Assembly: GCA_017463185.1 (NCBI GenBank)
Contig: JAFTPS010000014.1
Location: 154,546-218,545 of the forward strand
DNA: 64,000 bases
From: Alphaproteobacteria bacterium
GTDB lineage: Bacteria > Pseudomonadota > Alphaproteobacteria > Rs-D84
Direction of reading: 5' to 3'
In this document: positions 35,695 to 46,024 of the stretch, one piece after another
Numbering within the stretch: the stretch's first letter is position 1
Layout: every line of letters starts with the position of its first letter
The notes under the pieces: generated by a model
Told to the model about the DNA's origin: nothing
Databases searched by the model: none
Seen by the model: only the letters and a program-made list of their open reading frames with translations
Made by a program: the position numbers and the translations under genes

Positions 35695-36390
35695 GTGGCT
35701 ATAACAAAACAAAGGACGGAAAAAATGGCTACAAAAGCAACAGAAAATAAAGTCGTAAAAAACTATAAAAAGACTGGTATTATCGCGGCAATTGTTATTG
35801 TTGTTGCGGTGTTGGGTGTTTGGGCGGTTCGTGCGCTGAACGGTGGTTCGTCTGCATCTGTATCAGAGGCGATGGAAGTTGTGACCAGCGACGCTGCAAA
35901 CGGCGCAAATATGCGTATCGCGGTTATTCGTATGGACGAAATCCAGACCCAGGCGGCGGCATTAAAAGACCTGCGTGCGCAAAAGGAAAAATATGAATCA
36001 AAATTGCGTGATGAATTAACCCGCGACCAGAAGGCATTGGAAAAAGAAAAAGCAGAAATTGAAAAGTCCCAGGATGTATTATCCCGTGAAGCCCTGCAAC
36101 GCCGTGTTGTTGACTATCAAAACAAAGTCACTAAATTACAACGTGATTTGACCGAACGCGCACAAAGCATTGAGGCGTCATATATGAAAGCTCTTAGCGA
36201 TTTACAGGCAAAACATCTGGACCCGATTATAGAGGGTGTAATCGCGAAAAAGAATTTGTCATTGGTTTTGGATGGTCGCTATGCGCGTACAGGTGCGGAT
36301 GCAAGTAATCTGGACATCACAGACGAAGTAATCAAGGCGTTGGATAAAAAAGTATCCTCGGCCAAAATGGAAACACCTTTGGGGTTCTAA
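35695..36390 (+). CDS. OmpH/Skp-like periplasmic chaperone (coiled coil)
   Basis: N-terminal hydrophobic anchor, a long coiled-coil region, and a MRIAVIRMDEI.. start typical of OmpH-family proteins. 231 aa. Confidence 0.45.
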   Translation: MAITKQRTEKMATKATENKVVKNYKKTGIIAAIVIVVAVLGVWAVRALNGGSSASVSEAMEVVTSDAANGANMRIAVIRMDEIQTQAAALKDLRAQKEKYESKLRDELTRDQKALEKEKAEIEKSQDVLSREALQRRVVDYQNKVTKLQRDLTERAQSIEASYMKALSDLQAKHLDPIIEGVIAKKNLSLVLDGRYARTGADASNLDITDEVIKALDKKVSSAKMETPLGF

Positions 36391-36397
36391 TTCTTAA

Positions 36398-36428
36398 AAA
36401 ATCCCGCCATCGGCGGGATTTTTTTTGC
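36398..36428 (+). terminator. Intrinsic terminator (atcccgccatcggcgggat + T8)
   Basis: Perfect GC palindrome followed by a poly-T. Confidence 0.6.
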
Positions 36429-36632
36429 CACTCGTGTTCTTTTTTACGAATAACGAGTTCCAAGTAATGAATGACGATAAATGCTTGAAAACCCATAAAT
36501 ATGCTTTATAATTTACGGGTGCGAAGATGAAATTGTTCTTTTATACATTTTTGTGCAAATGTATGAATGAATGATTTTTCTTCGCGTTGTGAAAAAAAAC
36601 AAAAAAACTTAAAAAATAATGGAGAAAAACTA

Positions 36633-38804
36633 ATGTTATTTGGTTTATTTAACAAAGATGAAAAGACTCATCTGAATAATCCTGTTGTTGTTGAATTCCC
36701 ATATGGTGATGAAACACTGCGTCTGGAAACGGGCCGTATGGCGAAACAGGCCAACGGTTCTGTATTGGCAACAATGGGGGGGACAATGGTTTTGGCAACT
36801 GTGTGCGCCGAAAAATCTGCGGTAGAGGGCCAGGATTTCTTCCCTTTGACCGTTGATTACCAGGAAAAATTTGCGTCTGCTGGTCGTATTCCGGGTTCGC
36901 GCGACAGACGCGAAGGAAAAGCGTCAACCGCCGAAACATTAACTGCGCGTTTGATTGACCGTCCAATCCGTCCGTTGTTTCCGGAAACTTTCAAGAACAA
37001 AGTTCAAATCATCGCCCAGGTATTTTCTTATGACAAGAAGAACCAGCCAGACATTCTGGCGATGATTGCGTCATCTGCGGCATTGGCACTGTCGGGTGTT
37101 CCTTTCCAGGGGCCAATTGGTGCGGCACGTGTGGGGTATGCTGATGGTAAATATTTGTTAAACCCATCCAAAAAAACAACCGAAGATTCCGAAATGGATT
37201 TGGTTGTTGCCGCGACCAAGGACGGCGTTTTGATGGTTGAATCTGAAATTGGAGAATTGGACGAAGCAACGGTTTTGGGTGCGGTTAAATTTGGTTTTGA
37301 TGCGCAGCAGCCTGTTATCGCCGCAATCAACGAATTGGCGGAAAAGGCTGGCAAAGACCGCTGGGCAACACCGGAAAAGACCTCAGAACAAATCGCAATG
37401 GAATCCAACTTTGAACAGTTTGCACCCGCGATTGAATCCGCCCTGCAAATCAAAGAAAAATTAGTTCGTCTGGAAACATTGGCGGGCATTCATGCCGACG
37501 CCAAGGCGCGTATCCCTGAATTATTCCCGGAATCCGAACGTGCCGCGTCAACGTTGGAATCTTGGGCAGACGAAGTTATAGAAAACCTGACTGCGCGTAT
37601 TATGCGTGGCAATATCTTGTCGGGCAAACCACGTATTGACGGTCGTGATAATAAAACCGTGCGTCCAATTGAAATTGAATTGGGCGTATTGCCACGTGCA
37701 CATGGTTCTGCGTTGTTCACGCGTGGTGAAACCCAGGCACTGGTGTCTTTGACATTGGGTGGTGGCAAAGATGCGTTGCCAATTGAATCACTGGACGGGT
37801 CCGAGGAACGCGATTTTATCCTGAATTATAATTTCCCGGGATACTCTGTTGGTGAATGCAAAGGCTTAAAGTCACCAGGTCGTCGTGAAATTGGTCATGG
37901 TAATTTGGCGTGGCGTGCTGTTCATCCGATGGTTCCAACCCGTGATAAATTTGACTATGTAATCCGTATTGTGTCTGACATTTTGGAATCCAACGGTTCT
38001 TCTTCTATGGCGACCACATGTGGTGCAACATTGGCGATGATGGACGGTGGTGTTCCAATGACACGTCCGGTTGCGGGTATTGCAATGGGCCTGATTAAAG
38101 AAGGTGAAGACTATGCCATTTTAACCGACATCTTGGGTGACGAAGACCATCTGGGTGATATGGACTTTAAAGTGACAGGTACCGACCAGGGTATCACAGC
38201 GTTGCAGATGGATATTAAAATCACATCTATTACATTTGAAATCATGGAACGTGCCTTGGCCCAGGCAAAAGATGGTCGTATGCACATCTTGGGTAAAATT
38301 GAAAAAGCAATCAAAGCCCCGCGTGCACACGTATCTGAGTATGCGCCCCAGGCTTATACAATGAAAATCAATCCTGACAAGGTTCGCGATGTTATCGGCA
38401 AAGGTGGCTCTGTTATCCAGGCTTTGACCCGTGAAACTAATACACAGATTGATTTAGAAGATGACGGCACAATCAAAATTATGGCTGTCGCCAAAGAAGA
38501 TGCCGATGCCGCTATTGCGCGTATCAAAGACATCGTAGCCGAACCAGAGGTTGGCGAAATCTACGAAGGTGTTGTATCTGGGATGAAAGATTTTGGATTG
38601 TTTGTAAAAATCCTGAATGGGTTTGAGGCAATGGTCCATATTTCTGAAATCACTGGTGAACGCATTGCCAAAATAGAAGATACAAAAATCAAAGAAGGCG
38701 ATAAAGTGTTCGTAAGATATCTGGGGGCCGATAAACGTGGTAAAACGCGTATGTCTATGGTTGGGATTGACCAGAAAACAGGTAAGGAAATTGTAAAGGA
38801 ATAA
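36633..38804 (+). CDS. pnp: Polyribonucleotide nucleotidyltransferase (PNPase)
   Basis: Two RNase PH domains, KH (..IGKGGSVIQAL..) and S1 domains. Start taken at MLFGLFNKDEK; a sigma70-like promoter TTGAAA-17-TATAAT lies at about 36485-36514. Confidence 0.9.
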   Translation: MLFGLFNKDEKTHLNNPVVVEFPYGDETLRLETGRMAKQANGSVLATMGGTMVLATVCAEKSAVEGQDFFPLTVDYQEKFASAGRIPGSRDRREGKASTAETLTARLIDRPIRPLFPETFKNKVQIIAQVFSYDKKNQPDILAMIASSAALALSGVPFQGPIGAARVGYADGKYLLNPSKKTTEDSEMDLVVAATKDGVLMVESEIGELDEATVLGAVKFGFDAQQPVIAAINELAEKAGKDRWATPEKTSEQIAMESNFEQFAPAIESALQIKEKLVRLETLAGIHADAKARIPELFPESERAASTLESWADEVIENLTARIMRGNILSGKPRIDGRDNKTVRPIEIELGVLPRAHGSALFTRGETQALVSLTLGGGKDALPIESLDGSEERDFILNYNFPGYSVGECKGLKSPGRREIGHGNLAWRAVHPMVPTRDKFDYVIRIVSDILESNGSSSMATTCGATLAMMDGGVPMTRPVAGIAMGLIKEGEDYAILTDILGDEDHLGDMDFKVTGTDQGITALQMDIKITSITFEIMERALAQAKDGRMHILGKIEKAIKAPRAHVSEYAPQAYTMKINPDKVRDVIGKGGSVIQALTRETNTQIDLEDDGTIKIMAVAKEDADAAIARIKDIVAEPEVGEIYEGVVSGMKDFGLFVKILNGFEAMVHISEITGERIAKIEDTKIKEGDKVFVRYLGADKRGKTRMSMVGIDQKTGKEIVKE

Positions 38805-38808
38805 TTGT

Positions 38809-39171
38809 ATGAAGCCTGAACAATTAAATTGGACGGATAAACAATGGGCATCCCACCTGGCGTGGGATGTCCGTGATATCCCAGCATTACGCAAATGGGT
38901 GACAGAAAATTATTTTCCGGGTATTGCAAAAAACAAAGAAAATGGAAAGTTTGTTTTCTTTATTACTAAACTGGACCGGACACCATCGGGGGCAACACGG
39001 GTATTACCATTTGTTTCATCCGACAAAGAATTTGAATCTTTGACACTTGCAACCCAGTATGCTAACCAGGAAATTTTACCACGTATGGAATTTTCACCCG
39101 TTGTTGCTAAAATGATGGGTGTGCCAATGCGTGCATTACAAATGTTGCATATCAACGAAAAACAAAAATAA
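38809..39171 (+). CDS. Hypothetical protein (120 aa)
   Basis: ORF coupled to the pnp stop; no recognisable motifs. Confidence 0.3.
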   Translation: MKPEQLNWTDKQWASHLAWDVRDIPALRKWVTENYFPGIAKNKENGKFVFFITKLDRTPSGATRVLPFVSSDKEFESLTLATQYANQEILPRMEFSPVVAKMMGVPMRALQMLHINEKQK

Positions 39172-39184
39172 AACGGGGGGATAA

Positions 39185-39484
39185 ATGGATATGGAAAATT
39201 TAATGGCCCAGGCTGCTGCCCTGCAAAATAAAGTTGCCGCGGCCCAGGAACAATTGGCAAAAACTGTGGTCAAGGGTATTGCCACGGATGGCACATGTAT
39301 TATTGATATGACCGGTAAATATGATTTGGTAAAACTTACCATTCGTCCGGATATTTTATCCCGTGGTGCGGATGTGGTGGCGGATGCTGTTATGGCGGCC
39401 TATCATGATGCCAAGACCAAAGCCGACAATATTATTGACACGGTTATGGGTGATGCCACCGCTGGCATACCAATGCCACAATAA
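39185..39484 (+). CDS. ybaB: Nucleoid-associated protein YbaB/EbfC
   Basis: 99 aa; MDMENLMAQAAALQNKVAAAQEQLAKT... matches the YbaB family. Confidence 0.85.
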   Translation: MDMENLMAQAAALQNKVAAAQEQLAKTVVKGIATDGTCIIDMTGKYDLVKLTIRPDILSRGADVVADAVMAAYHDAKTKADNIIDTVMGDATAGIPMPQ

Positions 39485-39583
39485 AAAACTTGTCTTTTAA
39501 TATAATACAGTGTAAACTGCACACCAATGAAACAGGCAACAATAATTATTATTAAATAATCGGCAACTGCGCTTCTGCGGTGG

Positions 39584-39611
39584 CTGGGGCGCATATGCGC
39601 CCGTTTTTAAT
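39584..39611 (+). terminator. Terminator-like palindrome GGGCGCATATGCGCCC + T5, 20 nt upstream of the ileS start (candidate leader attenuator)
   Basis: Perfect 7-bp GC stem plus gttttt. There is no room for a promoter between it and the ileS ATG. Confidence 0.4.
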
Positions 39612-39626
39612 ATAAAAACAGACAGG

Positions 39627-42600
39627 ATGAAAAATATGTCATACAAAAAAACAGACCCACGCCCAGACTTAACCGCCTTGGAACAGCAAATGTTGTCCAA
39701 ATGGGCATCTGAAAACACTTTTCATAAATCATTGGACAAGACTAAATCGGGTCGTCCATTCTCGTTCTATGATGGTCCCCCGTTTGCAAATGGTTTACCA
39801 CACTGGGGGCATTTGGGGGTATCTGTTGTCAAAGATATGGTTGCGCGTTATCAAACAATGACGGGACGTCATGTGTCACGCGAACTGGGGTGGGATTGTC
39901 ACGGTTTGCCTGCGGAAAATTCGGTTGAAAAAAAGCAAAATCGCCCCGCCAAGGATATTGTTGCGTGCGACGGTATTGCGGCGTTCTGTGATATGTGCCG
40001 CAGTGACGTTATGACATATACAAATGAATGGAATCATTTTATTACCCGCATGGGTCGCTGGGTTGATATTGGCGATGGGTATGGTTATAAAACCATGGAT
40101 AAAAATTATATGGAATCCATGCTGTGGACATTAAAGGAATTGTATAACCGTGGTCTGTTGTACAAAGATTACAGTGTAAATCCATACGACTGGGTCAATG
40201 GCACCGTTGTTTCTAATTCCGAAGCGTCCCAGGATTACCGTGAAATTGTTGATGATGCAGTGACGGTATGGTTCCAATTAGAAAACGGCGACCGCGCAAT
40301 TGCCTGGACGACAACCCCGTGGACATTGCCTGCGAATTCTGCATTGGCGGTAAATCCGAATATGGAATACCTGCGCATGGCGGACAGTGATGGTGCAATC
40401 TATGTTATCGCCGCCAGCCGATTAAAAGCATATGAAAAACAGTTCGCCAACGCAACTGAAATTGGGCGCATTATGGGTGCAGATTTGGTCGGGTTGCATT
40501 ATACGCCATTGTTTCCATACTATGCAGGCACATCTGAATTATTATACCAGGTAATCCCAGCCGACTATGTATCTGATTCTGATGGTACAGGTATCGTACA
40601 TATCGCGCCGGCGTATGGGGCGGATGACTTTTGGGCGGCAAAAAATATTGACCCAAAATTCCCAGTTCTGTTGAACGTTGACACATATGGTAATTTTGAT
40701 GAAACAGTTATTGATTTTGCGGGTCAAAATATCTTTGACGCAACACCTGCGATTTTGGATTGGCTGAAATCAAATGGTCGCCTGGTCAAAAAAGAACAGT
40801 ACAAGCATTCGTATCCATTTGGCGACCGTTCAAAAGAAAAGTTAATTTATCGTGCGACGGATTCTTGGTATATTGATGTGCCAAAAATCAAGGATAAATT
40901 ATTGGCAAATAATGCCCAGGTGAATTGGACATCGGCGGGTGAACGTTTCCGTTCATGGATTGAAAACGCTCGCCCATGGTCAATATCGCGCAATCGTTTC
41001 TGGGGCATGCCATTGCCAATCTGGGAACGTGATGGCGAATATATGGTGTTCGGGTCAATCGCAGAACTTCAGGAATTCTTTGGCGTAGAAATAAATGATT
41101 TGCACCGTCCGACATTGGATAAACTGACCAAAGACGGTTGGACCCGTATCCCCGATGTATTGGATTGCTGGGTGGAATCTGGGTCTATGCCATGGGCGTC
41201 ATTGCATTACCCATTTGAAAACGTGGATAAATTCAACGCAACATTCCCGGCGGATTATATCATAGAAGGCCAAGACCAAACCCGTGGATGGTTCTATGCG
41301 TTAATGGTTTTGGCAACGGCATTGTTTGATAAACCCGCGTTCCGTGCGGTATCTGCCAATGGTATGGTGGTTGATGAAAACAAGAAAAAGTTTTCAAAAT
41401 CCCTGCGTAACTTTGTGAACCCTGCGGATCAGATTGAACAATATGGCGCAGACGCAGTGCGATTATATATCCTGGGGTCTAATTTTATGAAGGCTGAACC
41501 TGTTCCTGTGGACAAAGATGGCAAAGTATTCGCAGAATCTACAAAAACGATTCTCACGCCACTGTGGAATGCGTATCACTTCTTTACACTGTACGCAAAC
41601 GCCGGAAATGTTATCGCGCACGAAATGACAAACCCAACAAACCCGTTGGATAAATATATCTTGGCGGAATTGAACATGTTGACGGACATTGTGCGCGACG
41701 CGTTAACCGAATACAAACCAGATGTCGCCGTCAAAGAATTTGTGCGTTTCCTGGATATCTTGAACAATTGGTATATTCGTCGTGGTCGTGCGCGTTTCTG
41801 GGACGAAGAACAGGACGCATTTGATACTCTGTACACGGTTTTGACACGATTCTGTCGTACACTGGCACCGTTTGCGCCATTTGTATCTGAATATATCTAT
41901 ACGAATCTGACGGGTGACGAATCTGTGCATTTAACATCGTTCCCAGAATCGGGTGACGCGGACAATAAAATTGTTGATGATATGCGTCGTGTACAGGCAA
42001 TTGTATCCACTGGTAAACAGTTGCGCGAACAATATAAATTGCGTAATCGCCTGCCGTTAAATTCTTTGACTGTTGCGGGTGCGAATATGCCCGAATACGC
42101 AGATATCATTCGTGAAGAATTGAATGTAAAATCGGTTGTGTTCCGTGAAACATTTGATGATGTGGCGGACAGTTTTGTATACATGATAACACCAAAAATC
42201 GGTGCTCGTCTGGGTGGTGCATTAAAAGACATAATTCCGGCCGTCAAGCGTGGCGATTATGAATTGTCGGGCGATAAATTGGTCGCGGCGGGTCATGAAT
42301 TGAATTCGGACGAATTTGAAATGCGCCTGAATATGCGCGATGGTGTATCTGGTGCGGCATTACCAGATAATACGGCTGTGGTCGTACTGGATACAGAAAT
42401 CAATTCCGAACTGGTCGCCGAAGGTTTGGCAAACGACGCCCTGCGCTTTATCCAAGACACGCGCAAGGCCGCAAACCTGGACGTATCTGACCGCATTGTT
42501 TTGACGTACAGTGCAGACCCGGCCCTGGCAAACGCGCTGGAAAACCATAAAAAACGAATAATGCACGAAGCGTTAATTGTTGAAATGACCACCGGCGACG

Positions 42601-42659
42601 GTGAATATGAAACCGAAATAGAAGGCTATAACCTGAACATTTCTGTAAAGAAAGCATAA
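39627..42659 (+). CDS. ileS: Isoleucine--tRNA ligase (long type-2 form)
   Basis: HIGH-like PPFANGLPHWGHL, the WTTTPWTLPAN editing-domain motif, and KMSKS-like KKFSKS. 1010 aa. Confidence 0.8.
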   Translation: MKNMSYKKTDPRPDLTALEQQMLSKWASENTFHKSLDKTKSGRPFSFYDGPPFANGLPHWGHLGVSVVKDMVARYQTMTGRHVSRELGWDCHGLPAENSVEKKQNRPAKDIVACDGIAAFCDMCRSDVMTYTNEWNHFITRMGRWVDIGDGYGYKTMDKNYMESMLWTLKELYNRGLLYKDYSVNPYDWVNGTVVSNSEASQDYREIVDDAVTVWFQLENGDRAIAWTTTPWTLPANSALAVNPNMEYLRMADSDGAIYVIAASRLKAYEKQFANATEIGRIMGADLVGLHYTPLFPYYAGTSELLYQVIPADYVSDSDGTGIVHIAPAYGADDFWAAKNIDPKFPVLLNVDTYGNFDETVIDFAGQNIFDATPAILDWLKSNGRLVKKEQYKHSYPFGDRSKEKLIYRATDSWYIDVPKIKDKLLANNAQVNWTSAGERFRSWIENARPWSISRNRFWGMPLPIWERDGEYMVFGSIAELQEFFGVEINDLHRPTLDKLTKDGWTRIPDVLDCWVESGSMPWASLHYPFENVDKFNATFPADYIIEGQDQTRGWFYALMVLATALFDKPAFRAVSANGMVVDENKKKFSKSLRNFVNPADQIEQYGADAVRLYILGSNFMKAEPVPVDKDGKVFAESTKTILTPLWNAYHFFTLYANAGNVIAHEMTNPTNPLDKYILAELNMLTDIVRDALTEYKPDVAVKEFVRFLDILNNWYIRRGRARFWDEEQDAFDTLYTVLTRFCRTLAPFAPFVSEYIYTNLTGDESVHLTSFPESGDADNKIVDDMRRVQAIVSTGKQLREQYKLRNRLPLNSLTVAGANMPEYADIIREELNVKSVVFRETFDDVADSFVYMITPKIGARLGGALKDIIPAVKRGDYELSGDKLVAAGHELNSDEFEMRLNMRDGVSGAALPDNTAVVVLDTEINSELVAEGLANDALRFIQDTRKAANLDVSDRIVLTYSADPALANALENHKKRIMHEALIVEMTTGDGEYETEIEGYNLNISVKKA

Positions 42660-42660
42660 A

Positions 42661-43332
42661 ATGTCACTCTCGCCGCAAAGATATTTTGAACTGGTTCCCC
42701 CGACCGTAGACATGACGATACGGTCGGAATTGTATCACACAAACGAATTTAACTTTGCGGTGGCGGTGATTTTGTCGGCCCAGGCGACTGATAAAAAGGT
42801 AAACGAAGTCACGCCTGAATTATTCCGCGTCGCACCAACACCACAGAAAATGTTGGAATTGGGAATTGATGGACTTAAAAATCATATTCGTGTTATTTCA
42901 TTTTTTAATAACAAGGCAAAAAACATAATTGCGCTTAGCGCGCAATTATGTAAAGAGCAAAGCGCAGAGAGCAAAGAGCAATTAGATTATAAGTTTCCAC
43001 TAGAATACCACAATCGCGATGCGTTGATGAAATTACCCGGCATTGGTCAGAAAACCGCAAATGTTGTGTGTAATGTTTTGTGGGGTGCACCGAACATAGG
43101 CGTGGATACACACGTTTTCCGCAATGCGCACCGATATGGTTGGGTGGATGAAACGGACAACACACCAGAAAAGGTGGAACAGAAATTGTTAAAAAAAATT
43201 CCACGTAAATATCATGCGATTGTAAATCATGTAATGGTCCTGCATGGCCGCTATACGTGCAAGGCTTTGCGTCCAGATTGTAAAAATTGCCCCGTGGCAA
43301 ATTGGTGTCCCGCCCCAGATAAAAAAATTTAA
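42661..43332 (+). CDS. nth: Endonuclease III
   Basis: HhH-GPD (LPGIGQKTANVV) and an [4Fe-4S] cluster motif C-x6-C-x2-C-x5-C (CKALRPDCKNCPVANWC). Confidence 0.85.
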   Translation: MSLSPQRYFELVPPTVDMTIRSELYHTNEFNFAVAVILSAQATDKKVNEVTPELFRVAPTPQKMLELGIDGLKNHIRVISFFNNKAKNIIALSAQLCKEQSAESKEQLDYKFPLEYHNRDALMKLPGIGQKTANVVCNVLWGAPNIGVDTHVFRNAHRYGWVDETDNTPEKVEQKLLKKIPRKYHAIVNHVMVLHGRYTCKALRPDCKNCPVANWCPAPDKKI

Positions 43333-43686
43333 TTATATGATTTTATCAAATTCCTGTCTGCGTTCATGATATATTTTATCGTACACGCGATAATTGCTTT
43401 CACGATTGATGATTTTCTCTAAATCCTGTAATACAGATTTCAGATTCAGAAATGCACTAAACACCGCAGTATATATTTCTTCGTGTGTCGGTCTGTTTTT
43501 GCGCGATTCAGTTATTGCCTGTGCGATTTCCAACAATGTTTTATTTTTTGCTTCTTCGTTCATGACCGTACCCCTATCGTAAAATCCCACTTTGTGGAAT
43601 AAACAAAAACCGCATTTGAAAACAAAAGCGGTTGGAGTTTTAGAACAATTAAGCGAATTGCATGCCTTATTCAATATATTCGGCAT
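43333..43686 (-). CDS. Hypothetical small protein (true start possibly at internal MNEEAKN, about 76 aa)
   Basis: ORF only; no motifs recognised. Confidence 0.25.
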   Translation of the reverse strand: MPNILNKACNSLNCSKTPTAFVFKCGFCLFHKVGFYDRGTVMNEEAKNKTLLEIAQAITESRKNRPTHEEIYTAVFSAFLNLKSVLQDLEKIINRESNYRVYDKIYHERRQEFDKII

Positions 43687-43880
43687 ACTCCAACCGCAAT
43701 GGTCGGAGTATTTAACACCTCTTCAGGTGCGCTCAAAGGGTTCTAAAGCCCCACACTGAAAAACCTCAGTGCCAGCACATTATATGATATATAAAATACA
43801 ATTTCAAATGCTTAGATAAATAAAAGTTTATCAGAGTGGTAAGTGTTTGCACTATAATGTGCGGCATTCGCCACACGCAT

Positions 43881-43941
43881 TCACTAATCACTAACCACTT
43901 ACACTAACCACTAAAAAATCCCCCCATCTGGGGGATTTTTT
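43881..43941 (+). ncRNA. Candidate small RNA 3' end: CA-rich motif plus intrinsic terminator; copy B
   Basis: tcactaatcactaaccacttacactaaccacta followed by aaaaaatcccccc-atct-gggggatttttt. A possible promoter (ttatca..N19..tataat) lies about 60 nt upstream at 43818-43848. Confidence 0.3.
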
Positions 43942-45274
43942 AGTCATATGGATTTTCGGATTTTTCATAATCTATTATAATCGGCAGGTGTTCCCACTTT
44001 AACGCCGTCGCAATTCCACGCCGTAAATATCGTGTGTATGATTCGGGGATATCCGATGCACCGCCGACATTTATTGTAATTTTCATTGGGTGGCGACCGG
44101 TCTGGCGCGCAAATTTTATTTTCATTGGACGTTTTAGACGCGACATAGGTGGCTGTCGTTCCGCAACCAATTTTTCCACAATGCGGTTTACCAAACTGGT
44201 TGGTGCCTGGGCCATTGAAATATCCCATTGTTCATAAATGCGTCGGAACATATTCTGAACACCCATCCCCGTTTCCGCGGATACGGCCAAAATCATAGGC
44301 TTTATAATTTGATGAAAAGAATTTGAAAATTGATGTTTTAACTTTAACAATTTTTCATCGCGAATTTCAGGTTCAACCAAGTCCCACTTGTTCAGTGCAA
44401 CACACAAAATTTTGCCCGCGTTATACACACGTGCGGCAATTCCCAAAGCCTGGTTTTCAATATTACGCGTAGCATCCACCATTAAAATAACCACATCTGC
44501 CTTATCAATTGCATCCAGTGATTTTAACGCAGACAATGTTTCAACATCATCTGTCACCCCCGCTTTGCGGCGCAGACCCGCCGTATCCATCAGAATGATA
44601 TCGCGTCCATAAAATTTGGTCGGGATTTTTACTGTGTCGCGTGTAATTCCCGGCGCATCCATAACAATCTGACGCCGCTCCCCCAGGACGCGATTTACAA
44701 ATGTAGATTTTCCAACATTTGGCTGGCCCAAAACGGCAATTTTAATACGGTTATCGGTGGCCTTGTCTGGGGAGGGCTGGGTTGCTGCATCACCCGCAAT
44801 TTTGTCTAAAAATTCATAGATTTCCGTGAATCCGGTCTTGTGCTCGGCTGAAATTAAAACAGGTTCACCAAACCCCAGTTTATAAAAATCGTGAATATTC
44901 CCCAGTCTTTTTTGTGATTCGGATTTATTGACCAACAATAAAATCGGTGCCTTGGTTTTACGACGAACCAATCGGGCCCAGTCTAAATCCTTGCTTGTCA
45001 AGCCAACGCGTCCATCAACAACAAATAAAACGGCATCGGCATCAGCAATTGCCGCAATTGCCATATTTGTGGAATCCAGCGCAATCCCAGATTTTGCGCT
45101 TTCCAAACCAGCTGTATCAAATAATTGATATGGGCGATTACAAAATACCCCCCCCATACAGTCACGGGTTACCCCAGGACGGTCGTGAACCAGCGCGTCC
45201 CGCGTTCCTGTCAGGGCGTTATAAAGTGTTGACTTGCCCGTGTTCGGGCGACCTGCAATAGTTATCTTTATCAT
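43940..45274 (-). CDS. der: Ribosome biogenesis GTPase Der (EngA)
   Basis: Tandem GTPase domains (GRPNTGKST, GQPNVGKST) and a C-terminal KH-like domain. Start taken at MIKITIAG. Confidence 0.9.
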   Translation of the reverse strand: MIKITIAGRPNTGKSTLYNALTGTRDALVHDRPGVTRDCMGGVFCNRPYQLFDTAGLESAKSGIALDSTNMAIAAIADADAVLFVVDGRVGLTSKDLDWARLVRRKTKAPILLLVNKSESQKRLGNIHDFYKLGFGEPVLISAEHKTGFTEIYEFLDKIAGDAATQPSPDKATDNRIKIAVLGQPNVGKSTFVNRVLGERRQIVMDAPGITRDTVKIPTKFYGRDIILMDTAGLRRKAGVTDDVETLSALKSLDAIDKADVVILMVDATRNIENQALGIAARVYNAGKILCVALNKWDLVEPEIRDEKLLKLKHQFSNSFHQIIKPMILAVSAETGMGVQNMFRRIYEQWDISMAQAPTSLVNRIVEKLVAERQPPMSRLKRPMKIKFARQTGRHPMKITINVGGASDIPESYTRYLRRGIATALKWEHLPIIIDYEKSENPYD

Positions 45275-45340
45275 TACTTTTTCCATTGATTTTTTGTAAT
45301 TATAAAGCAAAAATATAAATAATCAAATGGGGGCGTAAAT

Positions 45341-45937
45341 ATGAAGAAAAAAATCAAAAATGGATTTCGTCACGTGCGTGACATAGTTGTCAATCCAAAG
45401 CGTTATTTTACAAAGATTGTTGCTGACGGTAATCTAGAGGAATCTATGTTAAAGGCTTTTATGTACGGCCTGTTGGGTGGATGTTTGGTATTGTTGTTAC
45501 GTTTGTTGGGTGGTGCAACAATCACATTGGGTTCTGTATTTACAGCAATTGTAATAGTCCCGGTTTTGGCGGTGGCATTACTGTTCGTTATGGGCGGGTT
45601 GCTGATGCTGGTATCAGAAATTACCGGGGGCGAACGCGACTGGGAAATAGCTATAAAAGGCCTGGCATCAATATTCTTTATCTATCCGATGATTTTGGTG
45701 CTGAATGCATTGGCATTTAATTGCACTTCTATGTGGGTGATAAGTTTGCTGGTTGATATTTACATATTATTCCTGTTTTATAATATTTCCGTGTATTGTA
45801 TGCGTGGCAAGCGTTCAAATGTAATTGTGGTGATTGGAATATTAGCATTATTTATCGCAACCGTATATGCCACAGATTATCGCATAGGTTGGTTTATGTT
45901 AAAAAATACCAGTGCTACCTTGGCGTGTCTGCTATAA
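45341..45937 (+). CDS. Polytopic membrane protein (Yip1-domain-like)
   Basis: 198 aa with about five TM helices; no catalytic motifs. Confidence 0.35.
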   Translation: MKKKIKNGFRHVRDIVVNPKRYFTKIVADGNLEESMLKAFMYGLLGGCLVLLLRLLGGATITLGSVFTAIVIVPVLAVALLFVMGGLLMLVSEITGGERDWEIAIKGLASIFFIYPMILVLNALAFNCTSMWVISLLVDIYILFLFYNISVYCMRGKRSNVIVVIGILALFIATVYATDYRIGWFMLKNTSATLACLL

Positions 45938-46024
45938 AACACCCGGCAAATGCCGGGATTTTTTATTGTACCAATATAGAACATTCAATGTTATAATACT
46001 CTTAAATTTTTCAAGAGAGAGATT

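Noticed and set aside
42935-43300. 121-aa antisense ORF within nth
   Set aside because: Embedded opposite a conserved Fe-S glycosylase gene; no independent support.
43687-43880. SRP (4.5S) RNA, 6S RNA or tmRNA in the 250-bp ORF-free gap
   Set aside because: There is no conserved SRP domain-IV motif (..AGGUCAGGUCCGGAAGGAAGCAGC..), no tRNA-like or tag-reading-frame features of tmRNA, and the length is inconsistent with RNase P RNA. Only generic hairpins are present.
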